DNA of 64,000 nt from Rhodoluna sp. (lineage in GTDB: Bacteria; Actinomycetota; Actinomycetes; Actinomycetales; Microbacteriaceae): assembly GCA_044348705.1 (NCBI GenBank), contig JBIKSH010000005.1, forward strand, positions 25,552 through 89,551, in the 5' to 3' direction. The notes below the pieces were generated by a model. That model did not search any database and was not told where the DNA came from. It was given only the letters and a program-made list of their open reading frames with translations. Below are positions 30,643 to 39,018 of the stretch, piece by piece. How positions within the stretch are numbered: position 1 is the first letter of the stretch; every line of letters starts with the position of its first letter. A program made the position numbers and the translations under genes.

Positions 30643-32336
30643 TAAAGACCCTTCACAGAGAGCAGACCCTGGGTAACACCGAGAAGCGTGGTTTTCTCAT
30701 CTGCAGACAGCGGTGGCACATAGAAAATCATCATGTTGCCGTAGGTGCTTCGAACACCCTTGACCGAACCAGCTGAACCGAGCAAGATTTTCTCGTTACC
30801 AGAGACCGTTACACCAGAGCCGACCTTGATCGGCTTGATCGTGTAATCGTCTTTCATGTAAACCGCGACGAGAGCACCGCCCGAAGCGGTAGAGAGTGAA
30901 AGAACCTTCGACGAGCCAAGATAGTGCCTGAACTTGATTTTGGCCTTGGTGAGCTTTTGAACTTGAGCCTTCTCTAGAGCCGAAACGTCGGCGTAGTACT
31001 TGTCGTTCTCTAGGTCGAAGAGCTCGTAAAACTCGCTGAGAGTTCCCTTGTCGATAACATCGCCGTAGGTTGGGGGCAGCTCACGAGGAACGACCTTAAG
31101 GTAGGCAGAGTCAGATGCCACCGGAATGGCTCCGGCGTCGGCTGCTGCTACCGGCGGCAGAGCGGCTCCTGGAACCAGCGAAATTACGAAACTCACCTTG
31201 TATTGCGATCTCGGCGAGCTTTGCGACATGATCAGCATCTGCGGCAGGTTGGTGTCTTCGGCGTCAGTGACAACCATGAGCGTTCTCGGCCAGATGGTCG
31301 AAGATGCCGGGAGTGACCAGGTGACACGCTCTTCGATGATCGGCAAGGCCTCATTCTTGGTCGATTTAGACATCAAGTAGTAGTAAGTCGTGCGCATTTG
31401 CTGGGCGGCACCCTCGAAGCGAGTCAGCAACATCGACTTGTCGGTTGCACCATCGGCTTTTTTAGCCCACATGGCTACGTTCGAGACGATTTTTTGAATC
31501 TGAGATTCGATCAACACGGGTGGATCAGCGATGACATCAGAGGATGACGACGGAGTCGGATCGCTCGGTGCAGCTGCGGGCGCGCATCCGCTTAGTAGAC
31601 CAAGCACTAGTAGTCCACTCGTGGCGACCGACACCTTTCGGGCAACGCGTCTACCACGGCGTGGAATTTCAAGGTTCGACTTGCGACCGCGGGTTTTTGG
31701 GCCCTGAGGCGCTTTTGGCACACGACGTTGCGGTCGGCGGCGCTTGCGCTCTTCTGACACTGAGAAAAGGTTTATGACCAGAGCGGCAGCCAACAAGACA
31801 CCCGCAACGATGAGGTTGATGTTTGAAGGTGTTAGGTCATAGGCGATTGGCCATGAAACCGTCACCTTGCCTGGAGATGCAGACAAACCGTCGGTTGCGA
31901 TCAAGACCGCTGCGTCGTGTTCGTTGGTGACCGCAAGTTCGGCTTGTTGCTTGCCATTGGCTTCATCACGCCAAAGGTCGCTTCCGCGTGGCGATAGCGC
32001 AAGGTCCAATCCGAAGTTCGAAACCGGTTCGAGCTCTAAGCTCTCGGCGTCTTTAACCTGGATGCTGGTGAACGAAGAGTCGGCGATCCAAGCGCGGATG
32101 TCTGACTCACGTGCACTCGAAACAAAAGTTTTTTCGTCGCCGAAGACGGTGACAGTTGGGTTGCCCGGATAAGTCGAGAGAGTCTCGTGGTCAATAATCG
32201 CAAAATGGTTCTCGGCGTCGTATTCGAGGCTCAAAACATTAGCCGGAGGCGGCGCCCAAATCGTGCGCTGCGCAACGCCCACTAGGGCAAGCGACAGAGA
32301 CAAGACAAAGAGTCCTATCGCTGCAAATAGTTTCAC
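30642..32336 (-). CDS. Envelope protein of unknown function, two extracytoplasmic domains, internal Tat-like lipoprotein signal (564 aa)
   Basis: Layout: N-terminal signal/anchor (AAIGLFVLSLSLALVGVA), a domain of about 150 aa, TM (INLIVAGVLLAAALVINLF), an Arg/Lys-rich linker (ERKRRRPQRRVPKAPQGPKTRGRKSNLEIPRRGRRVARK), a hydrophobic stretch ending in lipobox LLSGC, then a domain of about 300 aa. I recognise no family. Confidence 0.7.
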   Translation of the reverse strand: MKLFAAIGLFVLSLSLALVGVAQRTIWAPPPANVLSLEYDAENHFAIIDHETLSTYPGNPTVTVFGDEKTFVSSARESDIRAWIADSSFTSIQVKDAESLELEPVSNFGLDLALSPRGSDLWRDEANGKQQAELAVTNEHDAAVLIATDGLSASPGKVTVSWPIAYDLTPSNINLIVAGVLLAAALVINLFSVSEERKRRRPQRRVPKAPQGPKTRGRKSNLEIPRRGRRVARKVSVATSGLLVLGLLSGCAPAAAPSDPTPSSSSDVIADPPVLIESQIQKIVSNVAMWAKKADGATDKSMLLTRFEGAAQQMRTTYYYLMSKSTKNEALPIIEERVTWSLPASSTIWPRTLMVVTDAEDTNLPQMLIMSQSSPRSQYKVSFVISLVPGAALPPVAAADAGAIPVASDSAYLKVVPRELPPTYGDVIDKGTLSEFYELFDLENDKYYADVSALEKAQVQKLTKAKIKFRHYLGSSKVLSLSTASGGALVAVYMKDDYTIKPIKVGSGVTVSGNEKILLGSAGSVKGVRSTYGNMMIFYVPPLSADEKTTLLGVTQGLLSVKGL

Positions 32337-32352
32337 GCTTATCCAATCGGGC

Positions 32353-32358
32353 TAGACT
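32353..32358 (+). promoter_or_regulatory. Candidate -10 TAGACT, 55 nt upstream of the DivIVA-domain gene at 32414
   Basis: The plus strand reads gcTAGACTtggg. It forms an inverted repeat with the minus-strand TAGACT at 32383-32388. Confidence 0.3.
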
Positions 32359-32382
32359 TGGGCTTGACAACAAGCCCCTTCA

Positions 32383-32388
32383 AGTCTA
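32383..32388 (-). promoter_or_regulatory. Candidate -10 (GG)TAGACT, 46 nt upstream of the 564-aa gene
   Basis: The minus strand reads gGGTAGACTTGAAg. Confidence 0.35.
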
Positions 32389-32413
32389 CCCAAGGGGTCT
32401 AGGAGCGAGTATC

Positions 32414-33508
32414 TTGGCAGCTGAAGAAGCCGAATTTGCAACCGTGATGCGCGGCTACGACCGCGACGCGGTTGACGATGCGCTGCGTGACCTGCGACGC
32501 CAGTTGCTTCAGCTTTCTAACCAAAATGCTCAGCTTGCCACCGAACTTCGAACGGCTAATGAATCGTCGTCGCGTTTTGAACGCGAACTCAAAGAAACCG
32601 TTGCGCCAACCTACGCAACCGTCGGCGCCAGAGCTGCACTCATTTTGAGCACTGCCGAAGACCAGGCGAACCGAATTGTTGCCGAGGCAGAGACCGAACG
32701 CCGAAGGCTGCTCGAAGAGGTCGACAGCGAACTCGAAACGCTTCGTGCCGAAGCCCGCGAGTATTACGACTCGGTCGTTGCAGAGGCAAGCAGACGTGCT
32801 GAACGCCTCTCGGCCGCAGCCAAGGCAGACTACGATGCTCTGGTCGAACAGGCTAGAACCGAGTCGACGCGCCTGGTTGAAAACGCCATGCAAGAAGCCG
32901 GTGCCACTCGTGGAGCGATTGCCACAGAGGTGGCCAGGATGCGCGCCTCCGCGAAACGAGAAATCGAGGCAGCTCGAACCGCGTTTGACCGTGAACAGAG
33001 CGAGAAAAAGCTAATCGCTTCTAGAGCGCTCAACAAAAATTTGAACACCGAAAGCGCCTGGAGCTTGCTTTCAGAGCAGGCACGAGTTGACCTCGAGCTT
33101 GAAGTGACCGCGCGTCGAGCAGAGGCTGAGGCCGAGTACCTTCGCAAGCACCAAGACGCGGTTGCCGCAACTCAGCGTTACCTCGACGAAGCCAACGCGA
33201 TGCTCGCGCAGGCGAGAACCCGAGCCAACGCGGCGAAACTTGAATCAGAGACCCTTGAGACTGCAGCCAGGGCTCACACCAAGCGCACCACCAACGAGGC
33301 TCGTGAGAAGGCCGAGGCCATTCTTCTGGCCGCTGAAGCCGAAGCGCGCAGCATCCTCTCTGAAGCACAGTCGCACTCTGCAAAAGAGCTTCACAAGCTC
33401 AAGGGCAAGATTGCGAAGCTAAACGTTGAGCGTGACGCAGTGGCGCAATACCTTCACAACCTGCGCGCCGTAGTTGAAAACGCAGAGCAGAATTTAAGCA
33501 GAGACTAA
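32414..33508 (+). CDS. DivIVA-domain / long coiled-coil protein (364 aa), paralog-like to 17888..18934
   Basis: TTG start with AGGAG 8 nt upstream. N-terminus F..VMRGYDRDAVDDAL, then about 300 aa of Ala/Glu/Arg-rich coiled-coil-like sequence. Confidence 0.75.
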   Translation: MAAEEAEFATVMRGYDRDAVDDALRDLRRQLLQLSNQNAQLATELRTANESSSRFERELKETVAPTYATVGARAALILSTAEDQANRIVAEAETERRRLLEEVDSELETLRAEAREYYDSVVAEASRRAERLSAAAKADYDALVEQARTESTRLVENAMQEAGATRGAIATEVARMRASAKREIEAARTAFDREQSEKKLIASRALNKNLNTESAWSLLSEQARVDLELEVTARRAEAEAEYLRKHQDAVAATQRYLDEANAMLAQARTRANAAKLESETLETAARAHTKRTTNEAREKAEAILLAAEAEARSILSEAQSHSAKELHKLKGKIAKLNVERDAVAQYLHNLRAVVENAEQNLSRD

Positions 33509-33538
33509 AGCTCTCGCCCTAGGCCTAGGAGAACGAAA

Positions 33539-34597
33539 ATGGACAACAAGGGAACTCGAATCAGTAACGCCTTCCAGCTTGGGCTGCTTGGCGGTCTCGG
33601 TGTTCTGACTGCAATCGCTCTTGGTAATGCGTTCTTGACCTTGGCGAACATCATCACCTACGTTGCGCTAGCGCTGTTCATTTCTCTAGGTCTCGAACCA
33701 ATCGTCTCGTTGATCGAAGGCAAGCTCAAGTTCAAGCGCGGTTTGGCGATTCTGACGGTGGTCGGAACACTGCTAATCGTTTTGGGAACCCTGATCTGGT
33801 CGATTTTGCCTATGGTCATTGAGCAAGCTGGGGCTTTTATCGAGAGTGCCCCTGTTCTGCTCGGTTCGGTTCAGCAACTAGATCTTGTGGTCACCCTTGA
33901 CAAGCAATTCGACGGGTCGGTGAGCAAGGCCATTGCAGACGCGGCACTCTACCTAACCGACAGCAGCAACTGGCCTACTTTGGTTGGCGGAGTGGTGCAG
34001 GTTGGCCTGACCGTGTTCAACGGTTTCTTCGGCGCGCTGATTGTTCTCACGTTGAGCATCTACTTCATGTCGTCGCTTTCACGCCTAAAGAACTGGATCT
34101 ACTCGCTGGTTCCAGCTTCGAAGCGCGACACCTTCTCTAACCTCTCGGAACAAATCGCCGGTTCGGTTGGCCGCTACGTGATGGGGCAAGTCACGATTGC
34201 TCTGATCAACGCCACACTCGGATTCACGATGATGTCGATTTTGGGCATCGAATTCTCACTCGTGCTCGCCTGCATAACCTTTGGCCTAGCGTTGATTCCG
34301 CTGGTGGGTAGCATCTCGGGTGCCACCATCGTGGTTATCGTGGCTCTCACCACGAACCCTGGCGTTGCGATCATCGCTGCGATTTACTACCTGATCTACA
34401 TGCAGATCGAGGCTTATGTACTGTCTCCGCGAATCATGAACCAAGCCGTGGCTGTGCCGGGCGCGGTGGTAGTTGTGGCGGCGCTTGCCGGTGGCGCGCT
34501 ACTCGGTATTCTTGGCGCTTTGGTGGCAATTCCGGTGGCTGCGTCGATCATGCTGATCATTCGCCAGGTCTGGGTGCCTAGGCAGGCCGGACGTTAG
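33539..34597 (+). CDS. AI-2E (PerM/YhhT) family transporter
   Basis: 352 aa, about 8 TM. Conserved C-terminal half ..GF.MMSILGIEFSLVLA..FGLALIP.VGSI.GATIVV.. and ..IPVAASIMLI... AGGAG 6 nt upstream of the ATG. Confidence 0.8.
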   Translation: MDNKGTRISNAFQLGLLGGLGVLTAIALGNAFLTLANIITYVALALFISLGLEPIVSLIEGKLKFKRGLAILTVVGTLLIVLGTLIWSILPMVIEQAGAFIESAPVLLGSVQQLDLVVTLDKQFDGSVSKAIADAALYLTDSSNWPTLVGGVVQVGLTVFNGFFGALIVLTLSIYFMSSLSRLKNWIYSLVPASKRDTFSNLSEQIAGSVGRYVMGQVTIALINATLGFTMMSILGIEFSLVLACITFGLALIPLVGSISGATIVVIVALTTNPGVAIIAAIYYLIYMQIEAYVLSPRIMNQAVAVPGAVVVVAALAGGALLGILGALVAIPVAASIMLIIRQVWVPRQAGR

Positions 34598-34616
34598 TTT
34601 CACTGGAGTTCGCTAG

Positions 34617-35336
34617 CTAGCCGCGATAGTGCGTTGGCAGCGGATAGAACTCTGGAGCAACAACGCGCACAACCTCATCGATAACAGATTTTGTAGCGCC
34701 CTCACCGACCCAAAGATGCTTTGCGCCGTCGATTCCTACAATTTGAGCCCCTTGCAGAGGCTCGAAACGCTTCACGGCCGCCTCAGGCACAAGATAGTCA
34801 TCAAACTCGGGCACGATGGCTATAACAGGCTTGTTTGAACCGTTCCAGTTGCGTAGTTCGTCTTCGGATGTGCGATGCAACGGTGGCGAGAGTAAGATCG
34901 CTCCGCGGACGCTCTTGTCGAAGCCGTACTTCAGCGCCAATTCGGTGCCAAACGACCAACCCAGTAACCAGATGTTCGAGAGACCTCGCGACTCTAGAAA
35001 CTGCAGCGCAGCATCCACGTCGAATTTCTCGGCAACTCCCCCATCAAACTCGCCCTCGCTGGTTCCGCGAGGCGATGTGGTGCCGCGTGTGTTGAATCGG
35101 AGCACAGCAACGCCGGTAAGTGCCGGTAGTCGGTTGGCTAGCTTGCGCAATATGTGCGAATCCATGAAGCCGCCGTGGGTTGGCAGTGGGTGCAGTGTCA
35201 AAATGGTGGCGATAGGCGCTTTTCCGACCGGTGACGCGAGCTCGCCAACCAGGGTTAGACCATCGGCCGTGTGAAGAGTGATTTCTTCACGGATGCTCGG
35301 CAGTTCGACCCCCGAACGAATTTCAATTTCGCTCAC
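34617..35336 (-). CDS. Alpha/beta-fold hydrolase (about 239 aa)
   Basis: ..TLHPLPTHGG.. and nucleophile elbow GWSFG. I prefer GTG 35336-35334, which forms a GTGA overlap with the upstream stop. The track start ATG 35363 would overlap the upstream gene by 31 nt. Confidence 0.75.
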   Translation of the reverse strand: MSEIEIRSGVELPSIREEITLHTADGLTLVGELASPVGKAPIATILTLHPLPTHGGFMDSHILRKLANRLPALTGVAVLRFNTRGTTSPRGTSEGEFDGGVAEKFDVDAALQFLESRGLSNIWLLGWSFGTELALKYGFDKSVRGAILLSPPLHRTSEDELRNWNGSNKPVIAIVPEFDDYLVPEAAVKRFEPLQGAQIVGIDGAKHLWVGEGATKSVIDEVVRVVAPEFYPLPTHYRG

Positions 35337-35629
35337 AGGGTTCCTTGAAACTTTTTCCAACAATCGGTGTGAAAGTGGCGACGGCCATCTGAACCGCGAA
35401 GTTCATTCCAGGCGACGATGTGCCCGGTGCCTTGACCGATTCGAAGATTGCAGAACGGGCAGACCCAGGTTTTTGATTCTTCGGTGGCTGAGCCGGAGTG
35501 AGTCTGAACCGTGTACTCGACGCCGCGCTTTATTTCGATGCGACGCACGCCATAGAGAACGCCGCGGTTGATCTCGGGCTCTTCGGCCTTGCCCTGCTTG
35601 GAACGTTTTGGTCTGTTCGATCTAGGCAT
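35333..35629 (-). CDS. Small conserved-looking zinc-ribbon-like protein (98 aa)
   Basis: MPRSNRPKRSKQGK.. basic N-terminus, with C-x2-C (WVCPFCN) and H-x-D-C (RHFHTDCW) as candidate metal ligands. ATG 35629-35627 overlaps the upstream TAA by 1 nt (TAATG). The track extension to 35671 is not needed. Confidence 0.6.
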   Translation of the reverse strand: MPRSNRPKRSKQGKAEEPEINRGVLYGVRRIEIKRGVEYTVQTHSGSATEESKTWVCPFCNLRIGQGTGHIVAWNELRGSDGRRHFHTDCWKKFQGTL

Positions 35630-36294
35630 TAGTACCAGCCGAGTCGATCGGAATGAGCCAGAGCGCCACATGGGGTTGAATAACGGCCTTTGATGTAGCC
35701 GAGGCCCCAGCGAATCTGAGTCTCTGGGTTGGTTAGCCAGTCGCTGCCCTCGCTAGCCATCTTGATGCCCGGAAGCGACTGCGGAATGCCGTAAGCACCC
35801 GAACTCTTGTTCATGGCGGTGTGGCGCCAGTTAGACTCGCGCTCCCACAGCTTGACCAAGCACGAATACTGGTCGCGACCCCAACCTAGTTTGGTGACTT
35901 GTTCGTAGGCGTAGGCCTTGGCCGTTCCGGGGTCTGGCACGTCGGCAATTTCGACGAATAATTCGACTGCCGCTTGCCCTGTCACGACCTTGAACTTTCC
36001 ACGTGAGAAGGAGACGGTCTGGGTGCTCTTCCAGCCATAGATTTGCTCGTCGGTTTCACCGTTCTCGGCTGGGTAATACCAGTAAGCACTATTTGCCAGA
36101 GCGGCAGAATATGGGTCAACGATGCTCACGGCAACGATTGAGGTTGTGAAAAAGAAGCCCGCGTAGGCAAACGACTTCTTTCGGTTTTTGACTTTCAGCT
36201 CATCAAAATTGATGTGTTCTAACTTGAACCGCTTAACGATCGCTTTGCGAATCTTTGCTGAGAGTGTGTCAACATTGGCGGCATAGCGGCCCAT
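35629..36294 (-). CDS. Membrane-anchored lytic transglycosylase-like protein (221 aa)
   Basis: N-terminal anchor (FAYAGFFFTTSIVAVSIV). C-terminal ..WERESNWRHTAMNKSSGAYGIPQ....W..NP..QI.WGL.YI..RY resembles SLT-type/transglycosylase-like domains. Confidence 0.65.
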   Translation of the reverse strand: MGRYAANVDTLSAKIRKAIVKRFKLEHINFDELKVKNRKKSFAYAGFFFTTSIVAVSIVDPYSAALANSAYWYYPAENGETDEQIYGWKSTQTVSFSRGKFKVVTGQAAVELFVEIADVPDPGTAKAYAYEQVTKLGWGRDQYSCLVKLWERESNWRHTAMNKSSGAYGIPQSLPGIKMASEGSDWLTNPETQIRWGLGYIKGRYSTPCGALAHSDRLGWY

Positions 36295-36331
36295 GAAATC
36301 ACCTCGGCTTCGTTCGCAGACTCAAAATGCC

Positions 36332-36337
36332 AGTCTA
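36332..36337 (-). promoter_or_regulatory. Candidate -10 (TGG)TAGACT, 37 nt upstream of the transglycosylase-like gene
   Basis: The minus strand reads cTGGTAGACTGGCat. Confidence 0.3.
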
Positions 36338-36345
36338 CCAGCGGG

Positions 36346-37086
36346 CTATTTAGTGGGTAAAGAAGTGGTCGGGCACTTAGACAGAACCGAGCTCATCGCA
36401 GACTTCTCTGCAGACGTCACCCAAACGCCGTATTTCAGCTTCACAGCGACCTGACGGGCCACGTAAGCGCACCGATAAGACTTGTTAGGAGGCAACCAGG
36501 TTGCCGTGTCGCTGTCGCCCTTTGAGCCATTGGTTGGGCCATCAACTGCTAGTAGGTTCAACGGGTCGTTGTAGAAGTTGTAGCGCTTCGCGTAACTCCA
36601 CTTTTGAGCACCCTTTTGCCAGGCATCGCTAACCGCTACAACATGGTCAATCTGAACCTTGATCGAAGTTGAACGTCCGCGAAGAAAATTGATGGTTTTG
36701 CCGGTGTAAGGGTCGTTCAGAATGCCCGATTCGACAATGCAGGTCTCGCCCGCTCGCCAAGAAATTCTTTTCAAATCGCGAGCTAAAACGTAGTTTCTAG
36801 CATCGCAAGAGCCGACCTTGCCCCATCCGTCAGAGAACAGCTCTCGGTCGTAGCCGGTTTTTGGTGCGCGGCCCTTGACGACAAGCTTGGCAACGGCCTT
36901 AGCCGCATTTGTGGCGGTGACAACTACGGGTGCTTGTTCAACCTGGATTGTCGCGACGGCGTTAGTGGCGCCCGTTGCGGTGAAGCCCACCAACAACGAA
37001 AGTACAACTAGGGCTCTAGAGGACTTTTTCAATTTGGATGAGCTCGACGACTTTATCGATGAATAGATCGACCTGGCTTTCAACAT
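36346..37086 (-). CDS. Secreted HNH/DUF1524-type nuclease-like protein (about 246 aa)
   Basis: Signal-like N-terminus (MLKARSIYSS..SSRALVVLSLLVGFTATGATNAVA). C-terminal ..IDHVVAVSDAW....N..NLLAVDGPTNGSKGD....WLPPN.. matches the GmrSD-C/DUF1524 His-Me finger pattern. ATG 37086 has AAGGGG 6 nt upstream. The track start at 37164 is probably too long. Confidence 0.65.
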   Translation of the reverse strand: MLKARSIYSSIKSSSSSKLKKSSRALVVLSLLVGFTATGATNAVATIQVEQAPVVVTATNAAKAVAKLVVKGRAPKTGYDRELFSDGWGKVGSCDARNYVLARDLKRISWRAGETCIVESGILNDPYTGKTINFLRGRSTSIKVQIDHVVAVSDAWQKGAQKWSYAKRYNFYNDPLNLLAVDGPTNGSKGDSDTATWLPPNKSYRCAYVARQVAVKLKYGVWVTSAEKSAMSSVLSKCPTTSLPTK

Positions 37087-37561
37087 AACCGCCCCTTTTT
37101 GGTGTGAATAACACTTTTCTAACGGCATCAACCGACATTTTGTCGCCACCATCGAGGTGAGCATTTACCTGGCCGATGAAAACGTCTACCTCTTTGCGGC
37201 TGTATCCGCGAAAAATGTAACCAGTTGTTGAAAAACGTTTTCGCGCTGGGCGTTCAACGCGTCCGACCAAGAGAACCTTGAGGTCGTTCAACCTGTCGAG
37301 CAGGTCATCGAGTTGCCCCGCGTCGAGAACCCGCTGCAGCCTGCGCGCGGCGAAGGTGTCTTCGAGTTTGTCCAGCGCAGCATCCACCGCGCTAACCGAA
37401 TAGCCACCCTTTTCTAGCCTGAACTCTTTTTCGCGAATGTCGGGAATCGCGTCGATCTGGTTTGAGTTGAAAACCGCTCGAGACTCGGCGATGAATTCGT
37501 CAACGTCTGATGGCTTGTAACCGAGCTTGTTCGGCTTAGCGTGTGGAAAAGGAAACGACAT
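37016..37561 (-). CDS. DivIVA-domain protein (181 aa) with several GY-x4-VD-x-F/A-like motifs
   Basis: LGYKPSDVDEFI, GGYSVSAVDAAL, RGYSRKEVDVFI, RGGYVESQVDLFI. It lies immediately downstream of cdsA. Confidence 0.75.
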   Translation of the reverse strand: MSFPFPHAKPNKLGYKPSDVDEFIAESRAVFNSNQIDAIPDIREKEFRLEKGGYSVSAVDAALDKLEDTFAARRLQRVLDAGQLDDLLDRLNDLKVLLVGRVERPARKRFSTTGYIFRGYSRKEVDVFIGQVNAHLDGGDKMSVDAVRKVLFTPKRGGYVESQVDLFIDKVVELIQIEKVL

Positions 37562-37572
37562 GGATGCTGCGC

Positions 37573-38433
37573 CTAACTAATCGGAAAGAGAAGTGTCGCG
37601 AACAAATACATAACGAGGCCGGCGGGCAGCATCGAATCGAGGCGATCCATCATGCCTCCATGACCCGGTAACCAGGTCGACATGTCTTTCACGCCCAGAT
37701 CGCGCTTGATTAGAGACTCGGCGAGGTCACCGAAAACGGCTGCAAGCAAAATGACTGCTGCGCTCAGCAGGCCCCAGTACCAATCGTGCTTGAGAACGAA
37801 AACCATGAGCAAAACCGATGATGTCACTCCCGCGATGATGCTGGCGACCAGGCCCTCGAGCGACTTTTTAGGGCTCACGCCCGGCGCAATGCGCGTCTTG
37901 CCGAGCTTGCGGCCGACCAAATAACCGAAAGTGTCGATGAGCGCGGTTGGCACCACAAACTGAATCACCCAAGCAGCGCCGTCTTCACGGGCCAGCAGCA
38001 AGATTGTGAAAGATGCCGTTAGCGGCAAGTAAATAACCACGAAAGCCGAAGCGCTAAAGTCTCTGATCGACTTGGTGAAAGACTGCGTGATCGATTCGCG
38101 TCTCTCCCAGAGCAGATGAACCGTGCGCCAAAGAACCAAAAAGAAAATCATGGCAGCCGTGATACCCCATTGCCAGATCGCACCGCCAAAGAACGTTGCC
38201 GGCATGATTGCCAAGGTGCCGAAAACTACAGGAACCCTAGGCACGTACCAGCCAGCTTTACGAAGCGCTGTTGACAGTTCCCATGCGCCAGCCGCAACTG
38301 TCGCGGCAAGCAGCACGAACAGCAAAGCTTTGACAAAGAGAATCGAACCCAGAAACGCCAAACCGAGCAAAAGTCCGTAGAAAATCGACTTTGAGAGGCT
38401 GCGCTCCCCCGGTGCACTCTGAGTTTGCGACAT
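37573..38433 (-). CDS. cdsA: Phosphatidate cytidylyltransferase
   Basis: 286 aa, multi-TM. C-terminal signature ..S..KRD.GVKD.S..LPGHGG..DR.DS... The ATG overlaps the frr TAA by 1 nt. Confidence 0.9.
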   Translation of the reverse strand: MSQTQSAPGERSLSKSIFYGLLLGLAFLGSILFVKALLFVLLAATVAAGAWELSTALRKAGWYVPRVPVVFGTLAIMPATFFGGAIWQWGITAAMIFFLVLWRTVHLLWERRESITQSFTKSIRDFSASAFVVIYLPLTASFTILLLAREDGAAWVIQFVVPTALIDTFGYLVGRKLGKTRIAPGVSPKKSLEGLVASIIAGVTSSVLLMVFVLKHDWYWGLLSAAVILLAAVFGDLAESLIKRDLGVKDMSTWLPGHGGMMDRLDSMLPAGLVMYLFATLLFPIS

Positions 38434-38993
38434 TAGACCTCGAGCAACTCGGCTTCTTTGTGCTTTAGGGCGTTGTCGATTGAGTCGACGAAGGTTTTGG
38501 TAAGGGTGTCGAGTTCTTTTTCTGCGCGAGCGATTTCGTCTTCTCCAGCAGCGCCATCTTTCTTCAAGGCGGCTAGATCGTCGTTGCCCTTGCGGCGAAT
38601 GTTGCGCACCGAAACGCGGTGGTCTTCGGCCTTGGCCTTAGCAAGCTTTACGTATTCTTTGCGACGGTCTTCGGTTAGGTCTGGAAGGGTCACGCGAATC
38701 ACGGTGCCGTCGTTGTTTGGCTGTGCACCTAGGTTCGGAACATCCCTGATGGCCTTCTCAATGTTCATAAGAGCGCCCTTGTCATAAGGGGTGATGGCTA
38801 GGCTACGGGCTTCAAGAACTTGGATGCTCGCCAAGTTGCCCAGCGGAGTGCCGGTGCCGTAGTAGTCGACCACGATCTTCTGGAACATGGCTGGGTTTGC
38901 ACGACCGGTGCGAATGGTACCGAAGTCGTCTTTGGCGGCTTCGACAGCCTTTTCCATCTTCTCGGTGGCCTCGGCCAAAACAGCTTGAATCAT
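38433..38993 (-). CDS. frr: Ribosome recycling factor
   Basis: [34 protein letters not shown]... 186 aa from ATG 38993 (GGAG 5-6 nt upstream). The track TTG 39005 adds 4 aa. Confidence 0.95.
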   Translation of the reverse strand: MIQAVLAEATEKMEKAVEAAKDDFGTIRTGRANPAMFQKIVVDYYGTGTPLGNLASIQVLEARSLAITPYDKGALMNIEKAIRDVPNLGAQPNNDGTVIRVTLPDLTEDRRKEYVKLAKAKAEDHRVSVRNIRRKGNDDLAALKKDGAAGEDEIARAEKELDTLTKTFVDSIDNALKHKEAELLEV

Positions 38994-39018
38994 TTTTATC
39001 TCCAATTCCTATTCGAAC

